Origin: Selaginella moellendorffii
Taxonomy: Eukaryota; Plantae; Lycopodiophyta
Length of the DNA stretch: 64,000 nucleotides
Reading direction: 5' to 3'
NCBI RefSeq assembly: GCF_000143415.4
Contig: NW_003314334.1
Coordinates: forward strand, 741,891 to 805,890
The position numbers were made by a program, and so were the translations under genes. A model generated the notes under the pieces. That model ran no database searches and was not told the DNA's origin. It saw only the letters and a list, made by a program, of their open reading frames with translations. Shown one piece after another: positions 11,340 to 23,477 of the stretch. Positions within the stretch are counted from its first letter, which is position 1. Every line of letters starts with the position of its first letter.

Positions 11340-14300
11340 TGAGAAACATACCTCTAGCTGACTGCCGCTAAACAGTCCCTGAAGAGCTCCCGACGCAACC
11401 AGTCAGGATTATCACTTGCTGTCATTTCAAGACCGGAAGCCAGCCACGAATCTGAAACGAAGCTCCAGAGCAAGAAATTGCAATTTAAACCTGACGCACC
11501 TCCATGCATCGTAGCACAAGTTCTGGAAAGCAGCAACGACGGCAAATAAATCACGAATGGAGCATCCCGGCGTACACCATCCGAGTGAATAGAAAACGCA
11601 TCCATTCGAAAAACTTCAGGATGAAAATGTGGAAGTTCTCCTGCAACAAAAGGAAAAAGAGAAGAAATTAATCCTGATGTCCAGGGCGAAAAGTAAACCT
11701 TCAATGACAAAAATCCACCATCACTTGTTACAAGTGATTCAATGCCTTCCCCTTCAAGAGCCGCACATTTGAGCTCTATATCCAGTAACATATTGTTCTG
11801 AGGATTGACAGCCACATTCACCTGTTTCACTCAAGTCGTAAGGTTACAAAAAACGCCAGATAGAAGTTCTCTTTACCGTTAAGTTGCGTTGAATGGAAGC
11901 CAACTCTCCCGAGCAAAAATGCAATGCGCTGTTCGGAGCAGTGCAAACTGTAGGATCTGGAGCAAATCAAGGATCCGATGATCTCCATAAAACGACAGTG
12001 GAAAATAGTTCCACGGATTGGAAGGCCTCATCGTTGGTGAGAAGCCACTTTCATTCGCTACCTGAAAACGAAAATGTGAAAACAAAATAGGAAGAAGCAA
12101 AATAAGATAGCTTACTGTGAAGAAAAGCAGTAGCTGTGTCAAGAGCTTGTTTTGCAGTAGCAAAGGACCTTGCTCTTTCTTCAGGTGAAATGCAGTTCTC
12201 AATTGTTGATAGCCAGCTTCGATAATGTGCGTCACAAGAAACGTATTCTTGCTGAAAAAACGAAGTCCCGGGAAAAAAAAAACAAAAAAAAAAAAACAGG
12301 CAGCAACGTTCTTTTTTTTAATGGCTCTGCTTTTTCCTTCCGAAATCTCAACACTGCACCATAGCGGCGTTAGCGAGATCTCTCGGAAAACCAAACGCTG
12401 TTGGAATTCTGCCATACAACGGGAGGCTGCCGCAGCTCCATCATATCCACGTAAAGATCTGAGAGGGATGAGGGCCAACGAGCTCTTCCTTGTGTTGCGT
12501 GAATACAAACCTCACGTACCTAAAAGAATAACATAAACAATAAGTGGAAGTGAAATCGATCATACGTGCTCAGGATTCAATCTCCAGCCAATTCAAGCCT
12601 GTCCCCGTATTGTCCTTCAATCCTTCCGCAGAACCAGATGTGCGGCGAAACGAATCATTTGAGGATGCCTGTGTGGCCCTGAGAGAAACTCAGCTTAACG
12701 CACAATGATCAAAGCCTACGTACTTGACGTTAGAACTGTCGTCTACATTTCCAGTACCGCTGCCATATCAGAGACCACGAGGTGCATCTGTCCAACACAA
12801 CAGCTGCGTCTCACAACCAGATTCCCAAGTCATGATGAGACAAAATGTGTACCCAGAGTAGAGCTTTTGAAACAAGTTGATAAAATCACAAGGCAACAGG
12901 CTCGGCACAAGTGGAAGATAAATCGATCGCGCTTAAAAGATGGCGGTGAGAAAGCTCTCCATGACCTTACAAGAGCGAACACGTTGGCTTTTTTTCAGAT
13001 TAGAATCACAGCACAATACCTCGCAGTTGGCGTCAACACACGTGGTTTACATTGCAGCAAAAACGGGACTCTCGTATCTCCCCCCCTTCACTTGACGCTA
13101 TTTTCTGGAACACCTTGTTTGGAAACTCAAACACAAGTTCAAGCCCATACCTCGGAAGCACAAAAGCAAGCCCATTTCCGTATCCTCCCTCCATCAAGCC
13201 CTGTAGCGTCTAAAGGAATGAGCAGTCATGCAGCCAGCTCTCCACGCCTGATAGTGCAAGATAGCTGTGTCATTAATTCAAGAAAATAAGAAACTGGTTT
13301 TTGCTCGAGAATCACCAGGAGCTTGGATTTGAGCAGCGCGAGTGCTTTATCTTGTTTTGAAGTTGGCTTCTCTACTCTAGTATCACAAGAAAAACAAAGA
13401 AAGTTTTAGAACACTGCTTGCTGAAGAAATTCTAGAAACATTTGTTTCATGTACCTGAGCAACGAAGAGTAATCCCTGTTGGACACAGGTCCTGCACTTC
13501 TGCGTTTCTTCCAGCTCGGATGAGATTCCGCACATCTCTAAAAGATTATGTTCCAGTTTCTGCGACAAATACGATACACGTAAGAAGACCCGTAAGAGCG
13601 TAGTACCTGATCTTCGGGATGCAACCTGGAGTTGGAGCATCAAGATCCAAATGTCGAACATAGTGAGTTCCGATATTTTTTTTGATAGCCCGTGTTATCG
13701 CACGAGCCTAGCTTCTGAGGGTATAGGCCCGCCTTCCTGTAGCGATAACATTTGTAGACACGAATATACTCCATGCAAGAGTTTTACCTTTTTTTCTAAA
13801 TCCAATTCCTTGGACGCCAAACTCTCGAGACAAGACAAAGACAAGTCTGATCGTTTCCTGTAAACCCGGACTGCGCTTTCAAAAAACAATAAAGTCAGTC
13901 CCACTGAAACGTAATAAGCGATGCTACCTTTTCCATACAAATGCCAATGAAAAACCCATGATGAAGACTCGGAAGTTTGCAATTGAGCCTTCTGACGTAG
14001 CCCTGTCTTTTACAGCTCGATGGCTGCCTCGTCTCTGTAAAGAAAAAGCCGCTAAACTTCCAGTCGTCCTCAACAAATCGTTTCATTTCCGCTAGATCCC
14101 GGCCAAACTCGCTCAAGAGCTCGGGCAGAGACGTGATGCCTGTCAAAGAAAAACATAAGCCGAGTTGTATGGCTTGAGAAACAAAAGTGGTAAACCGGGT
14201 AGCCACGTACCCACGCCAGAAGCAAAGCGCTCAAATGAATCTTATCTGGTTCCTAGAGACCAGATACGGGTGAAAAGAGAGAACTTAGCACCAAAAACCA

Positions 14301-14580
14301 AAACCACACCTCTTTGATTCGTGGAGCAGCAAATGGGGACTCTTGGGCTCTTCAGAAAAGCTAGGAATCTTTGGCTCGGGACGCATTTCACCAGCATTCT
14401 CACAGGAAGAAGAGAGAACGAGAAAAACATACCTGTATCGCCGGCAATGCCACCAAAAACCCTCTTTACAAGTAAAAATCTCATGGTTTTGAGCGTCTGG
14501 TTAGTTAAGCCAGTAAGAGCGCGTCTGGTTAGGCTAACAAGAGCTGTTAGCGGCCGGATCGGAATGTCCACCTCCAACTT
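11340..14580 (-). pseudogene. NUP107: NUP107 near-full-length degenerate copy
   Basis: N-half as at 4100-5610, then ESPVFAA, DFINLFQKLYSG, HPQMIRFAAHLVLR, YVRFVFTQHKEELVG, YVDMMELR and GELPHFHPEVFRMDAF. Many deletions. Confidence 0.85.
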
Positions 14581-14924
14581 TACGATCCACTGCCGTTCAA
14601 ACGCACTTCCACAAATCAAATAATTAATAAGTTCCGCTATTTTACTGTTATTTTCCAAAATACGTTTGAAGGGCAACAATAAATAATTTATATAATCAAA
14701 CAGGGCAAAACATCTTTTCTGGGCTTATAAGCTAAATCAAACTTTTTTCTTGGGATTGGAACTCGGAGCAAGATGCTTGCTATTAAAATTACTTTAGAAG
14801 CTCTTGTCTATACACTTATCTACATGTAAGCAGCTATAAAATTACAATTAACTGGAATTGTCACTAGAAATAATCAAGTTTATAAATCTACGCATAAATT
14901 ATAAATCTATAATATCAAATTTTC

Positions 14925-15125
14925 ATAGCTTAGACTGTTTTATTATTTGTATAGAAATTACTAATGTGTTTTTCCAATTATTATTGGAGTTATTAACTGT
15001 ATGCTGGTTAGTAGAATAGTTAGTACATTAGCAAGCTTATACATCTCAAATCACTCATGGTTTATCGGATATCCTATGATTTCTTTATTCAAGCTAGGTT
15101 GCATATTTTGGATGCCACAATGGCA
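14925..15125 (+). pseudogene. Collapsed relic of OCT-like half-transporter exon 2
   Basis: Deleted version of 48590-49015. Confidence 0.6.
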
Positions 15126-15245
15126 AAAAATCAACTTTGATATTGTTTTTTGTTAAGTGTTACTAAATTAGACTTCACATACTGCACAAGCATAAAAAAG
15201 GAATAAATGTCTATTTAACTCAACATACTTGGCTTAGTTTGCAAG

Positions 15246-15838
15246 AATCCGAAGGAAAGCTCCAGCTACTTGCGAGCATGGGATGGGGAGATGTGAGCGT
15301 GAGAACGGTGAGGAAGGACTGCACAGAGATAAAGACAGTAATATATCCTCCGTACTCTTTCCCTCTGTTCCCACGTCCATAGTGGATGCAGTTTTAAAAG
15401 CATCTTTATACAAAGTTCACATGAATTTCCCCTAAACATCGAAGTTTGCCCTGAAGAACTTAGCTTCCAGGAAATATGGAGTCAAGATTTATTTATTTTT
15501 TCTTCCTTGTTTTTCTTGAGGACCGAGCTAATGATATTTTGAAAAACTCGATCAGTTTTTGTTCCTCATTCGTTTGCTTTTCTTCATGCAGACGTTCCAA
15601 AGTTCTCACAATCGATCTTCAACACTAACCCATGGTAAATGTCGATGTTAAAGGGAAATTCAGCTTTAGGTAGCTGTTTGTGAACTTGAACACGTATGGA
15701 CAGGGGAACAGAGGGAAAGAGTACGGAGGATATATTACTGTCTTTCTCATCTTATCTCCCTGCAGTCCTTCCTCCCCGCTCTCAGGCTCACATCTCCCCA
15801 TCTCATGCTCGGCGAGTAGCTGGAGCTTTCCTTCGGAT
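15246..15838. repeat. LTR-derived inverted repeat (arms ~15246-15381 and ~15695-15838)
   Basis: gaaggaaagctccagctact...atatatcctccgtactctttccctctgttcc is the reverse complement of 15703-15835. Confidence 0.9.
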
Positions 15839-18800
15839 CTCTTTTCCCTATCCCTTGCTCGATAACAGTGGTATCGTAGCCACTTCGTCTGGGACACACG
15901 CTCGAGCGTCGTGAAGGAGACCAGTCGTTGGAGGTCGGCTATCAGGTAAAGCGGCCGGAATGTTTCGTTTCACTTTCACAGTTTTTGTTGACCGATCTTC
16001 TCTGGACTGGTCGTGCATAAAGGGAGGTATTCATATACCCTTGTTCTTCCTTGGTGTGAGGCGGGCAATGGCGGCACCATAGAGGCGGCCGAAGGCGGCG
16101 ATTTCAGGGGATTTACCAAGGTTTAGTCTTGATGTTTTCGCAAGATGATAAGGTGCATATCCGATCGGCAGGAAGATCTGGACGACAGCTTGCGGGTCTT
16201 AGGAGCTGCAGTGACCAGGCCGATGGGGGACTCCGGAAAGAGGAGGGCCGACCTTTCGAGTTCCAAGTACCACCATTCAGCGGGAGCACGGTAGGGGAGT
16301 AAGCCTTCACTTTTGGGACAACAGCTTCAGAGTTTCCCATTCCAATGCGCGGGGGAGCAGTTCTCCAACAGGTCGACGGTCAGCGAGCCGATACAAAGTA
16401 ATCCTCTGTATCGTTTAGCACCCATGCAGACTCGGGGATTCTTCACAGCGGCGCCAGCTTTCAGCGGGATAAGGGCCGGTTCAAGAGCGAGAGTTTCCGT
16501 GTAATGGTCCTTCCCGGAGAGGCAGAGTGGGCAGGACAACAGGTGGGGCGGGTGGGGGGAATCCATTCCAATCCACGAGAACTAGTAGGGAGTCTGGGAG
16601 TCATGGCTGCGCAAGTTGAAGAGGTGGTTTCTTTGCCGTGGTCATCGCGATTCGCACAAGGTAGCCGGCTCTCCACTTGAAAGCCTGGCCTCCGAGTCCC
16701 TTCTTGCTCGAGACTGTAAAACCAGGCTTCCAAGTTGGGAGGAGTTCAAGCAAAGGATTCGGGAGCATTTTATCATCACGTCCGTGGGAGAGCTTCCCTT
16801 CAACAAACTCTGCGGAATGGTGTACAGATTTAAGTCCCAGACGCCCAGGAATTCAACGAGACGTGGAACATCCCGGAGGATGCTTTGATGCAACGTTACC
16901 TAGCATCGCAATGGCAACCGAAATAGCTCAGCTATCTCCTCGCTCGGTCCCGATGGCATTAGCATTAAACACGGATCTCAAGTTCCACGAGTGGGAAGCT
17001 CGTCTTTCCGGCCGATGGAGGCAAGGGCCACCAAAGGAGACAACGAGGGCCGGAGCCACCCAGAGTGGTATGCCAACTCCCGATCAGCGGAAGCAATGCA
17101 AGTAAAGGGAAGCGATGACCTCAAGCTTGGGAAATGTTCATTGGGAAGTTTGCAAGGCGCGTAGAGGACAACCGACGTCGAAAACAAAGTTCGTGGTGAT
17201 GCAATTCCACGTCTCGGACAAGGGGGACCTCATTCCGTGCACTTGGGAGAATGCAAAAGATGACAAGGATTGTTAGTCCTGTAGACGGATGTACCACATT
17301 GGCCTCAGGAGCAGCGAGAAGAGGAGGACGCGGGGCTTGAGGGAGAACTTTCTGTGGCGAAGGCATGCATCTCCTATCCGACCTTTATGGGAAAAGCTGC
17401 GGGTACTTGTTTCGGAGACAAAGGAACGATTTTTGCATTAATTGACTCGGGAGTGACACCGTCAACCAACATTCTCTATCTAAGCTGCAGCTTGCAGCGC
17501 GTCCACAGAAGACTCCTCTAGAGGTGGAGATAGCGGACGAGGGAGTCATCGAGGCGTCTGCCCGGGTCTCATGCTCGATGCTCATTGGTGGTCACCAAGT
17601 GAAAGGAGAGTTCTTCATCCTGGAGACGGGAGCGATGGACGTAGTACTCGGCATCGAAACACTTCGCCTCTTTGGGGACATTCTCGTCAACTTTGATGAG
17701 CATCGTCTCTCCTTCAATCGGCTGCAAGGTCCAACCAGGAGGATCAGTGCATTTGGTTAACTGAATGCTTGTACCAAGTTCCGACATCTCCAGAACCAGT
17801 CACAGGGGAGGGGGAGCCAGAGAGAACCAGGTCGTTGGAGGAAGCAGTACACCACGGAAGCCATTCGTGAGGTTGCAAGGAAGCATTCAAGGGTCTTCCT
17901 CAATCGAGTATGTGCTCATGAAGCAATCACGCACAAGATCCAACTCGAGAAAGGGATCGTCACGACTGTTCATTCAGCTGAGGCATGTGGAGCGAGCGGA
18001 GGTGGATAAGATGATCAAGGAGCTCATGGACAATCTCTTAAAGAGGACAGTTTCAGTCCTTACACGGCACCAATAATCTTGGTGCTAAAACGTGACTGCT
18101 CGTGGAGACTGTGCGCTGATTACAGACAGCTCAACAACGTCACTCCCCATCCCACGGATTGAGGACTTAATTGATGAACTCGGTGAAGCAGCGTATTTCT
18201 CCGAGCTAGATTTGCGATCTGCATATTATCAAATATCCATGGCAGAGAAGGACAGGATCACGACAGCATTTCAGACTCACAGAGGGTTTAACCAGTTTAA
18301 GGTGAGGGCTCACCATCCTGGCCACCTTTCAGTCTCTCATGAACAAGATCGGTCATTGTATTTTTCGACGACATCCTCGTCTACAGTCGATCCTGGGAAG
18401 AACACCTTACACACATCGACGAGGTTTTGCAAGTGCTAGAGGATCATGCGCTGATCGTCAAACTCTCAACATGCTGCTTTGCCAAGCAAGAAGCGAAGTA
18501 CTTAGGCTTCCGGATACGAGCGGGCCAAATGTGAGCCTATCCAACAAAAATGGAGGCGATGAGAGGTCTCTCACCACCATGAAGTAGCTCCATGCTTTTC
18601 TCAGGCTCTGCAACTACCTCTGGAAGTCTGTGGAGCACTATGCTTCCGTTGCGTCGCCTCTGACGGACATCATTCGTGCAGGCAGGTTTTCGTGGGACGA
18701 GAACGCACAGTCAACGTTCGAACTTTTCGGCTCGGATTCTTCAACTTCCAGATGAGAAGCAGTTCATCGTGGAGACGATGCCTCGGATGCAGGAGTGGGA

Positions 18801-20130
18801 GCGATCTTGAAGTTCGAGAGCAAAAGATTCTTGGAAGTGGAGTCTCGCCAGCCGGCGTATGATTGACAAAGTGGAGGCACTGCGAGGTCGCACGGATCAC
18901 TTCAGTATGAAATTTCTACTCGAGCAGCCTCGCCTTAACAAAAAGCAGAGGCAGCTTCAATCACTCGATTTCACGATTGAGTATAAGCCAGGGAAAACAA
19001 ACGTCGTCCCGGATGCGCTCTCAAGGATGTTTGAAAAGCCGGAGGTCAGTTGTCACACCAGATATCATAGAGGGCTAATCCAACGATGACCACTCGAAGG
19101 AGACAACAACTTCAGCGACGCGAAGATTTCCTTCCATGATGGCTTGCTCTAGAAGAAAGGAAGGATTCTACTCGAGTTCCGCAAGATCATCTTCACCAAG
19201 GCATTTTCGCGGGGCATCCGGGGGTCGTGTGGAAAGGAATGGAGTGTGAGATTACGCACTTGGATCAGGGAGTGTCCAGAGATTGGTCTTCTCAAGCATT
19301 TACCTTCTCCATCAGCGCCAGCTCTCGTCCTCAAGCTTCAAAGAAGGTGGCAGAGATCTTCTGGAGGGAGGTGGTGAGGTTCCATGGCGTTTCCAAGCGA
19401 AATCGTCTCCAACCGAGACACCAGGTTTCTCAGCCAGTTTTGGTCAGACGGGACGGACGATTGGAGACATTCTGAGGGATACGTGGCGGACCAGCTGGGC
19501 TCATGGACAAAGTGGATCACATTCGCGGAGTTTGCCTACAACACTGCTCGGCACTCAACCATCGGTATGTCTNNNNNNNNNNNNNNNNNNNNNNNNNNNN
19601 NNNNNNNNNNNNNNNNNNNNNNNNNNNNNNNNNNNNNNNNNNNNNNNNNNNNNNNNNNNNNNNNNNNNNNNNAGTAGCTTCCCCGATCTTGATGACAACT
19701 CCCACTTCATCAAACGACGTCAGTGACCAAGTGGAAGCCATCAGGTAGATGCAGCAGCTGATTGGGCAACGGTTGGAATCTCCTCGTGTAGTCACAGCTC
19801 CATCCCAGATTCTTCGGCCCACTCAGGATACTCGAAAAGATCAACGAACTCGCCTATAAGTTGGCATTACCACCGGGGTCGCACCTACATAACGTTTTCG
19901 ACGTGTCGGATCTCAAGCTTTTGTGGACCAGCTCCCGGAGTTTTTTCCTGAGCCGGAGTTTGTCTCCTCCGACAGGCAGCCTATGCTGCAACCGAAAGCA
20001 CACTGGGAGATACAAGGTCAGGTGGCACGGAACGGATGACGAACAGGAACGGACCAGAGCTCCTCGAAACAGACCTGTTAGGACGTACTATAAGCGCATG
20101 AGAGTACGGAGGATTTGTTACCATCTTCCT
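15695..20130 (+). mobile_element. Degenerate Ty3/gypsy chromovirus-type LTR retrotransposon
   Basis: LTR end ...GATAACA then PBS TGGTATCGTAGCC (15869-15881, tRNA-iMet type). gag (PSWEEFKQRIREHF), protease (MDVVLGIE), RT ([30 protein letters not shown]), RNaseH (DFTIEYKPGKTNVVPDALSR), integrase ([22 protein letters not shown]), chromodomain region (LHNVFDVSDLK, YKVRWHG). 3' LTR start TGTTAG at 20076. Confidence 0.92.
19573..19672. other. Assembly gap (100 N)
   Basis: Run of N. Confidence 1.
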
Positions 20131-20653
20131 CACAACATTGCAGATCAACTTCAAGCAAGTGATGAGGTTGATCACTTACAAGTTTTCCGTCAGTTTACTT
20201 TGGATATTCTCCTACTCTAAATCTCCAGCGCCATGGATGCTTGCATCGCGACTGGGAATCCCGCGGTATTCAGCAAATCCTCACGTCCCGCTCTACTCTC
20301 GGTGAGCTGGCATTCTTCTGATTGAGCAATATTTCTCCACAGAGGCTGTGAATTTCTGGATGGCGAATTCAGCTGTGTGGGACGACGATGCCGTGCCAGC
20401 TGCTCACGATATCGCCAGGTTTTGGTGTGCGGGATCCTCGTCTTTGATTTCACTCAGAAGATTTTCCTTGCTTCCAAGCCGGAGCATTGTTTCTACAAGA
20501 ATCTATTCAATGACAGCAGCTGAAAGACACTGTCCGGTGAGTGTTTCCACGTTCTCTTGACATCGATTTTGCTTCAATCGTTGTGGAAGTAAGTTCCATC
20601 GAATACCCCTGGTAAAGGGATTCTTGTGCTTAAATTCCTTTCTTTTTGCATAG

Positions 20654-20965
20654 GATCTATTAGGGCTTGAAAGGTTGGGTATGGAAATTACTAGTAAGAG
20701 CGTTCCATTGTGGTGGTTCTTCTTATCTGTTTCAATAATTATGACTTGGGCCATTACTTTCTATGTTTTCACCATTTACATCACTTTTTATCCTCCAAAG
20801 TGGCACTGCCCAAGTGTATTGTCAAAGAGACTGCAATGCACTAAACCTTGGCTACCATTGGGGTTTTACGTCAGATTACTTGGCTTATGTAACAATTGGG
20901 CCAAAGTACTCTGCGATTTGATATTGGCAGCTTGTTTGCTTCACTCACCACATATATACTTTTTT
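20654..20965 (+). pseudogene. Truncated OCT-like half-transporter (paralog of 54411-55343)
   Basis: MEITSKSVPLWWFFL... is frameshifted at ~20815. A deletion joins ~20965 to sequence equivalent to ~55379. Confidence 0.85.
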
Positions 20966-21039
20966 GGTTGATGCAAAGATTTGCAGTACTGTCAGAGTGC
21001 GAGGGGGCCATGGGGAAAATCCTTGCCACTTCTTCGAGT

Positions 21040-22390
21040 GAGCCTGATATTATTGTAGTTTAAAACACAAATAAGGTGGCCAAATGCCACTGCGTTGGCG
21101 AGCCCTGTCTGAGTCTTCCAGGAATCCATTCTGGGCGTAGCACAGCAGTAGATTCGTCCATGATACGAGATCCTTGGCCGGCATTCTCCCTGGTGCGCGA
21201 GCTCCGTGATCATCGAGTTCCGTGTCACTCTGAGACGCGATCGAACATAGCCTGGCAGTCGCGGATCCGGGAGGCTGCCACATATACGAGACAAGATCGC
21301 GGAAATCCATCCCATCAAACGTGTTCTTGGCAAGCGCAAGATGCCCGGACTGAGCATACAGTGTAATGAGCGAGTTCCAAGAGACCACGGTGATCCGGCA
21401 TGGAAACGAAGATCTTCTTCGCTTGGCCGAGATTGGAGCTCCGGATGTAGAATTGCACGACCTCGTTGCACGACACGAGATGTCGCGATGGGGCATTCGA
21501 TCGAAGAGCCGGGATGATCTAAGACCTCGGCGGCATTGGAGGGATTTCGGCGATCCATCTCTTGTATTCCACCAATCCGCCGATGAGAGAGGGCAGGCAG
21601 GCACGAAGACATCGTCTCGAGCAAACTCTCGGCCTTCCGATCTCGCGAGAGTAGTGATCCCATTGGAACGATGCCATAGTCAGCGATCATAGGCGACCAT
21701 AGACACGAACTGATCGCGGGCGATTAGGATCTTGCAAGCCGAGAGGACGGTGATGAACGAGACGAGGTCGATCCTCACTCCGCCATCGAGCGTGGTCGTG
21801 GATGGCTTCCCTGTAATGCCCTTTTTGGGCATATGTTTCCATCATCAAGTTCCAGGCAGCAAGATCTCTCGTGCGCATTGAGGCAAGAACAACTCGAGCC
21901 TCGATCACACGGCCATTGCGAGCGTAAGCGTGCATCAAACTCGTCCTGCACTGGCAATTCACTATCTCGCCCGGGATGCTGTCAAACGACATTCCGAGAG
22001 GATCGCGTTCCAGGTGAAAACATTCCATCTCGGCATTTTGTGCTGGATCATGAGCGCGTCCTCCATTCTCCCAGCCTGGCCGAGCATCGAGACGAGCATA
22101 TCAAGTCCCTTGCGGGCATTTGCTGGTGGATCCCCCTGGACATAGGCGGCGGCAACGATGTTTCTGTGGCACGCTCTGTCAGCCCATTCCAGGACACGAG
22201 AGTCCGGAATCCGGAAAAACATCCTCTTGACCTCTTCTACAAGGCATAGCCAAGTTCCTCGTCGCCATCGTCTCAAACCTCCACCAAATTCCCGATTTGC
22301 ACGAAAGCTCCGACAGCACGAGATCTTTCTCGGGCTCAGTGTCGTAAAAAGCCTTAGTTATACCCATTTGCCTCATCTTGGCAAATGCTG
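21040..22390 (-). pseudogene. PLS-class PPR pseudogene
   Basis: VVSWNSLITLYAQSGHLALAKNTFDGM, MPAKDLVSWTNLLLCYAQNG and SLMHAYARNGRVIEARVVLASM fragments in shifting frames. Confidence 0.9.
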
Positions 22391-22439
22391 GGATTACAGC
22401 TAGGCATTAGAAATTTACAAAGGCTTCAATGAAAAGAAT

Positions 22440-23025
22440 ACAATAAATTCCTTTTAGCATATGCCCTGCTTGGCATATCCTCTGGTCCAATACTCATCCT
22501 CAGTGCATCAATGAGCGAGATTATGGATACAACATATGTTACTAACACTTGGTTTTTAACCAAAGCTGCTGAATTAAAAAATTACTAGAGCATCAGAACA
22601 TTTTTGTATATCAAATATGGAATTATATACTCTTCCATTATTAACTATAACCATTCCCACCGGATCAAGGGTAAAAAGTAAATATACCTGATATGAAACA
22701 TATGGTATAGATTCGTCTCCAGTGCATTCCTGTATCCCTATCCACCACCTCATAATTTGATGATGTCTCTGCATATGCATGTGCTACTTGTAAAGCAATG
22801 AATGTAAAACATATGTGAGCTCCTCCAATAGCAAAGCTAACTAGCATAGACAACTGAAACAAACTGTTAAGCAATTATCCATAAATAAATCTAGCTTACC
22901 TCCAGCCACATAGCCCAGTGATAGCAAAGTATATAGATACGGAGTGAAGCAAGGAAGTTGTGCAGAATAATTTAGCCCAAACTTCCCAGTTCGAATGTAG
23001 CATGCATAGAAACCCCAGTGGTATT
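22440..23025 (-). pseudogene. Diverged OCT-like half-transporter paralog relic
   Basis: HWGFYACYIRTGKFGLNYSA-QLPCFTPYLYTLLSLGYVAG|gtaag (same intron position), MLVSFAIGGA...AHAYAETS..MRWW. Confidence 0.7.
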
Positions 23026-23477
23026 TAGGTGCCTCTTTAAAGGGCTATAATTTAAATACACTAGTGTTTGGTTTTCTTTCATCTTAGAACAAATAGCTTT
23101 TCAGAAAAGATCTCGGAGACAGTGAAGGCTGTTTTCGTTCTCGAATCCATATAGCTAGAAACGCAATAGCGACCACAAATCTTTTAGTGATATTTAAGCA
23201 CGAACTTTTTGTAATGGTCGGCAAGCAGCTCGCGCGCAGACTGCACACATCGCCTCTCAAATTATGTATATATCCTTTTTCCAATCTAGCTTTATTTGTG
23301 GAGATCTTGGCCGTTTTCGATCTAGTAGCTACGTCTTGGAGCAGCTCAAGAGCCGGGAGCTTGAGCTGCACAGGAAGTGTTCCTGCCATTTTTCCTTCCA
23401 TTCCTTTGAGTTTTGTTATACCATAAGGAAGGGAGCTGAAGCTCTAAAGGTGAGGCTTTCGCTTCTCCTTTTTTCTG

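Noticed and set aside
11879-14679. Long ORFs in the track (209, 194 and 145 aa; duplicates at 41200-43944 and 47898)
   Set aside because: They run through introns or lie antisense/off-frame to NUP107 exons; they are conserved only because the duplication is recent.
19573-19672. Possible insertion hidden in the 100-N gap
   Set aside because: The paralog has only 7 bp (ccatacc, ~53444-53450) between the same flanks, so the gap size is a placeholder and its content cannot be judged.
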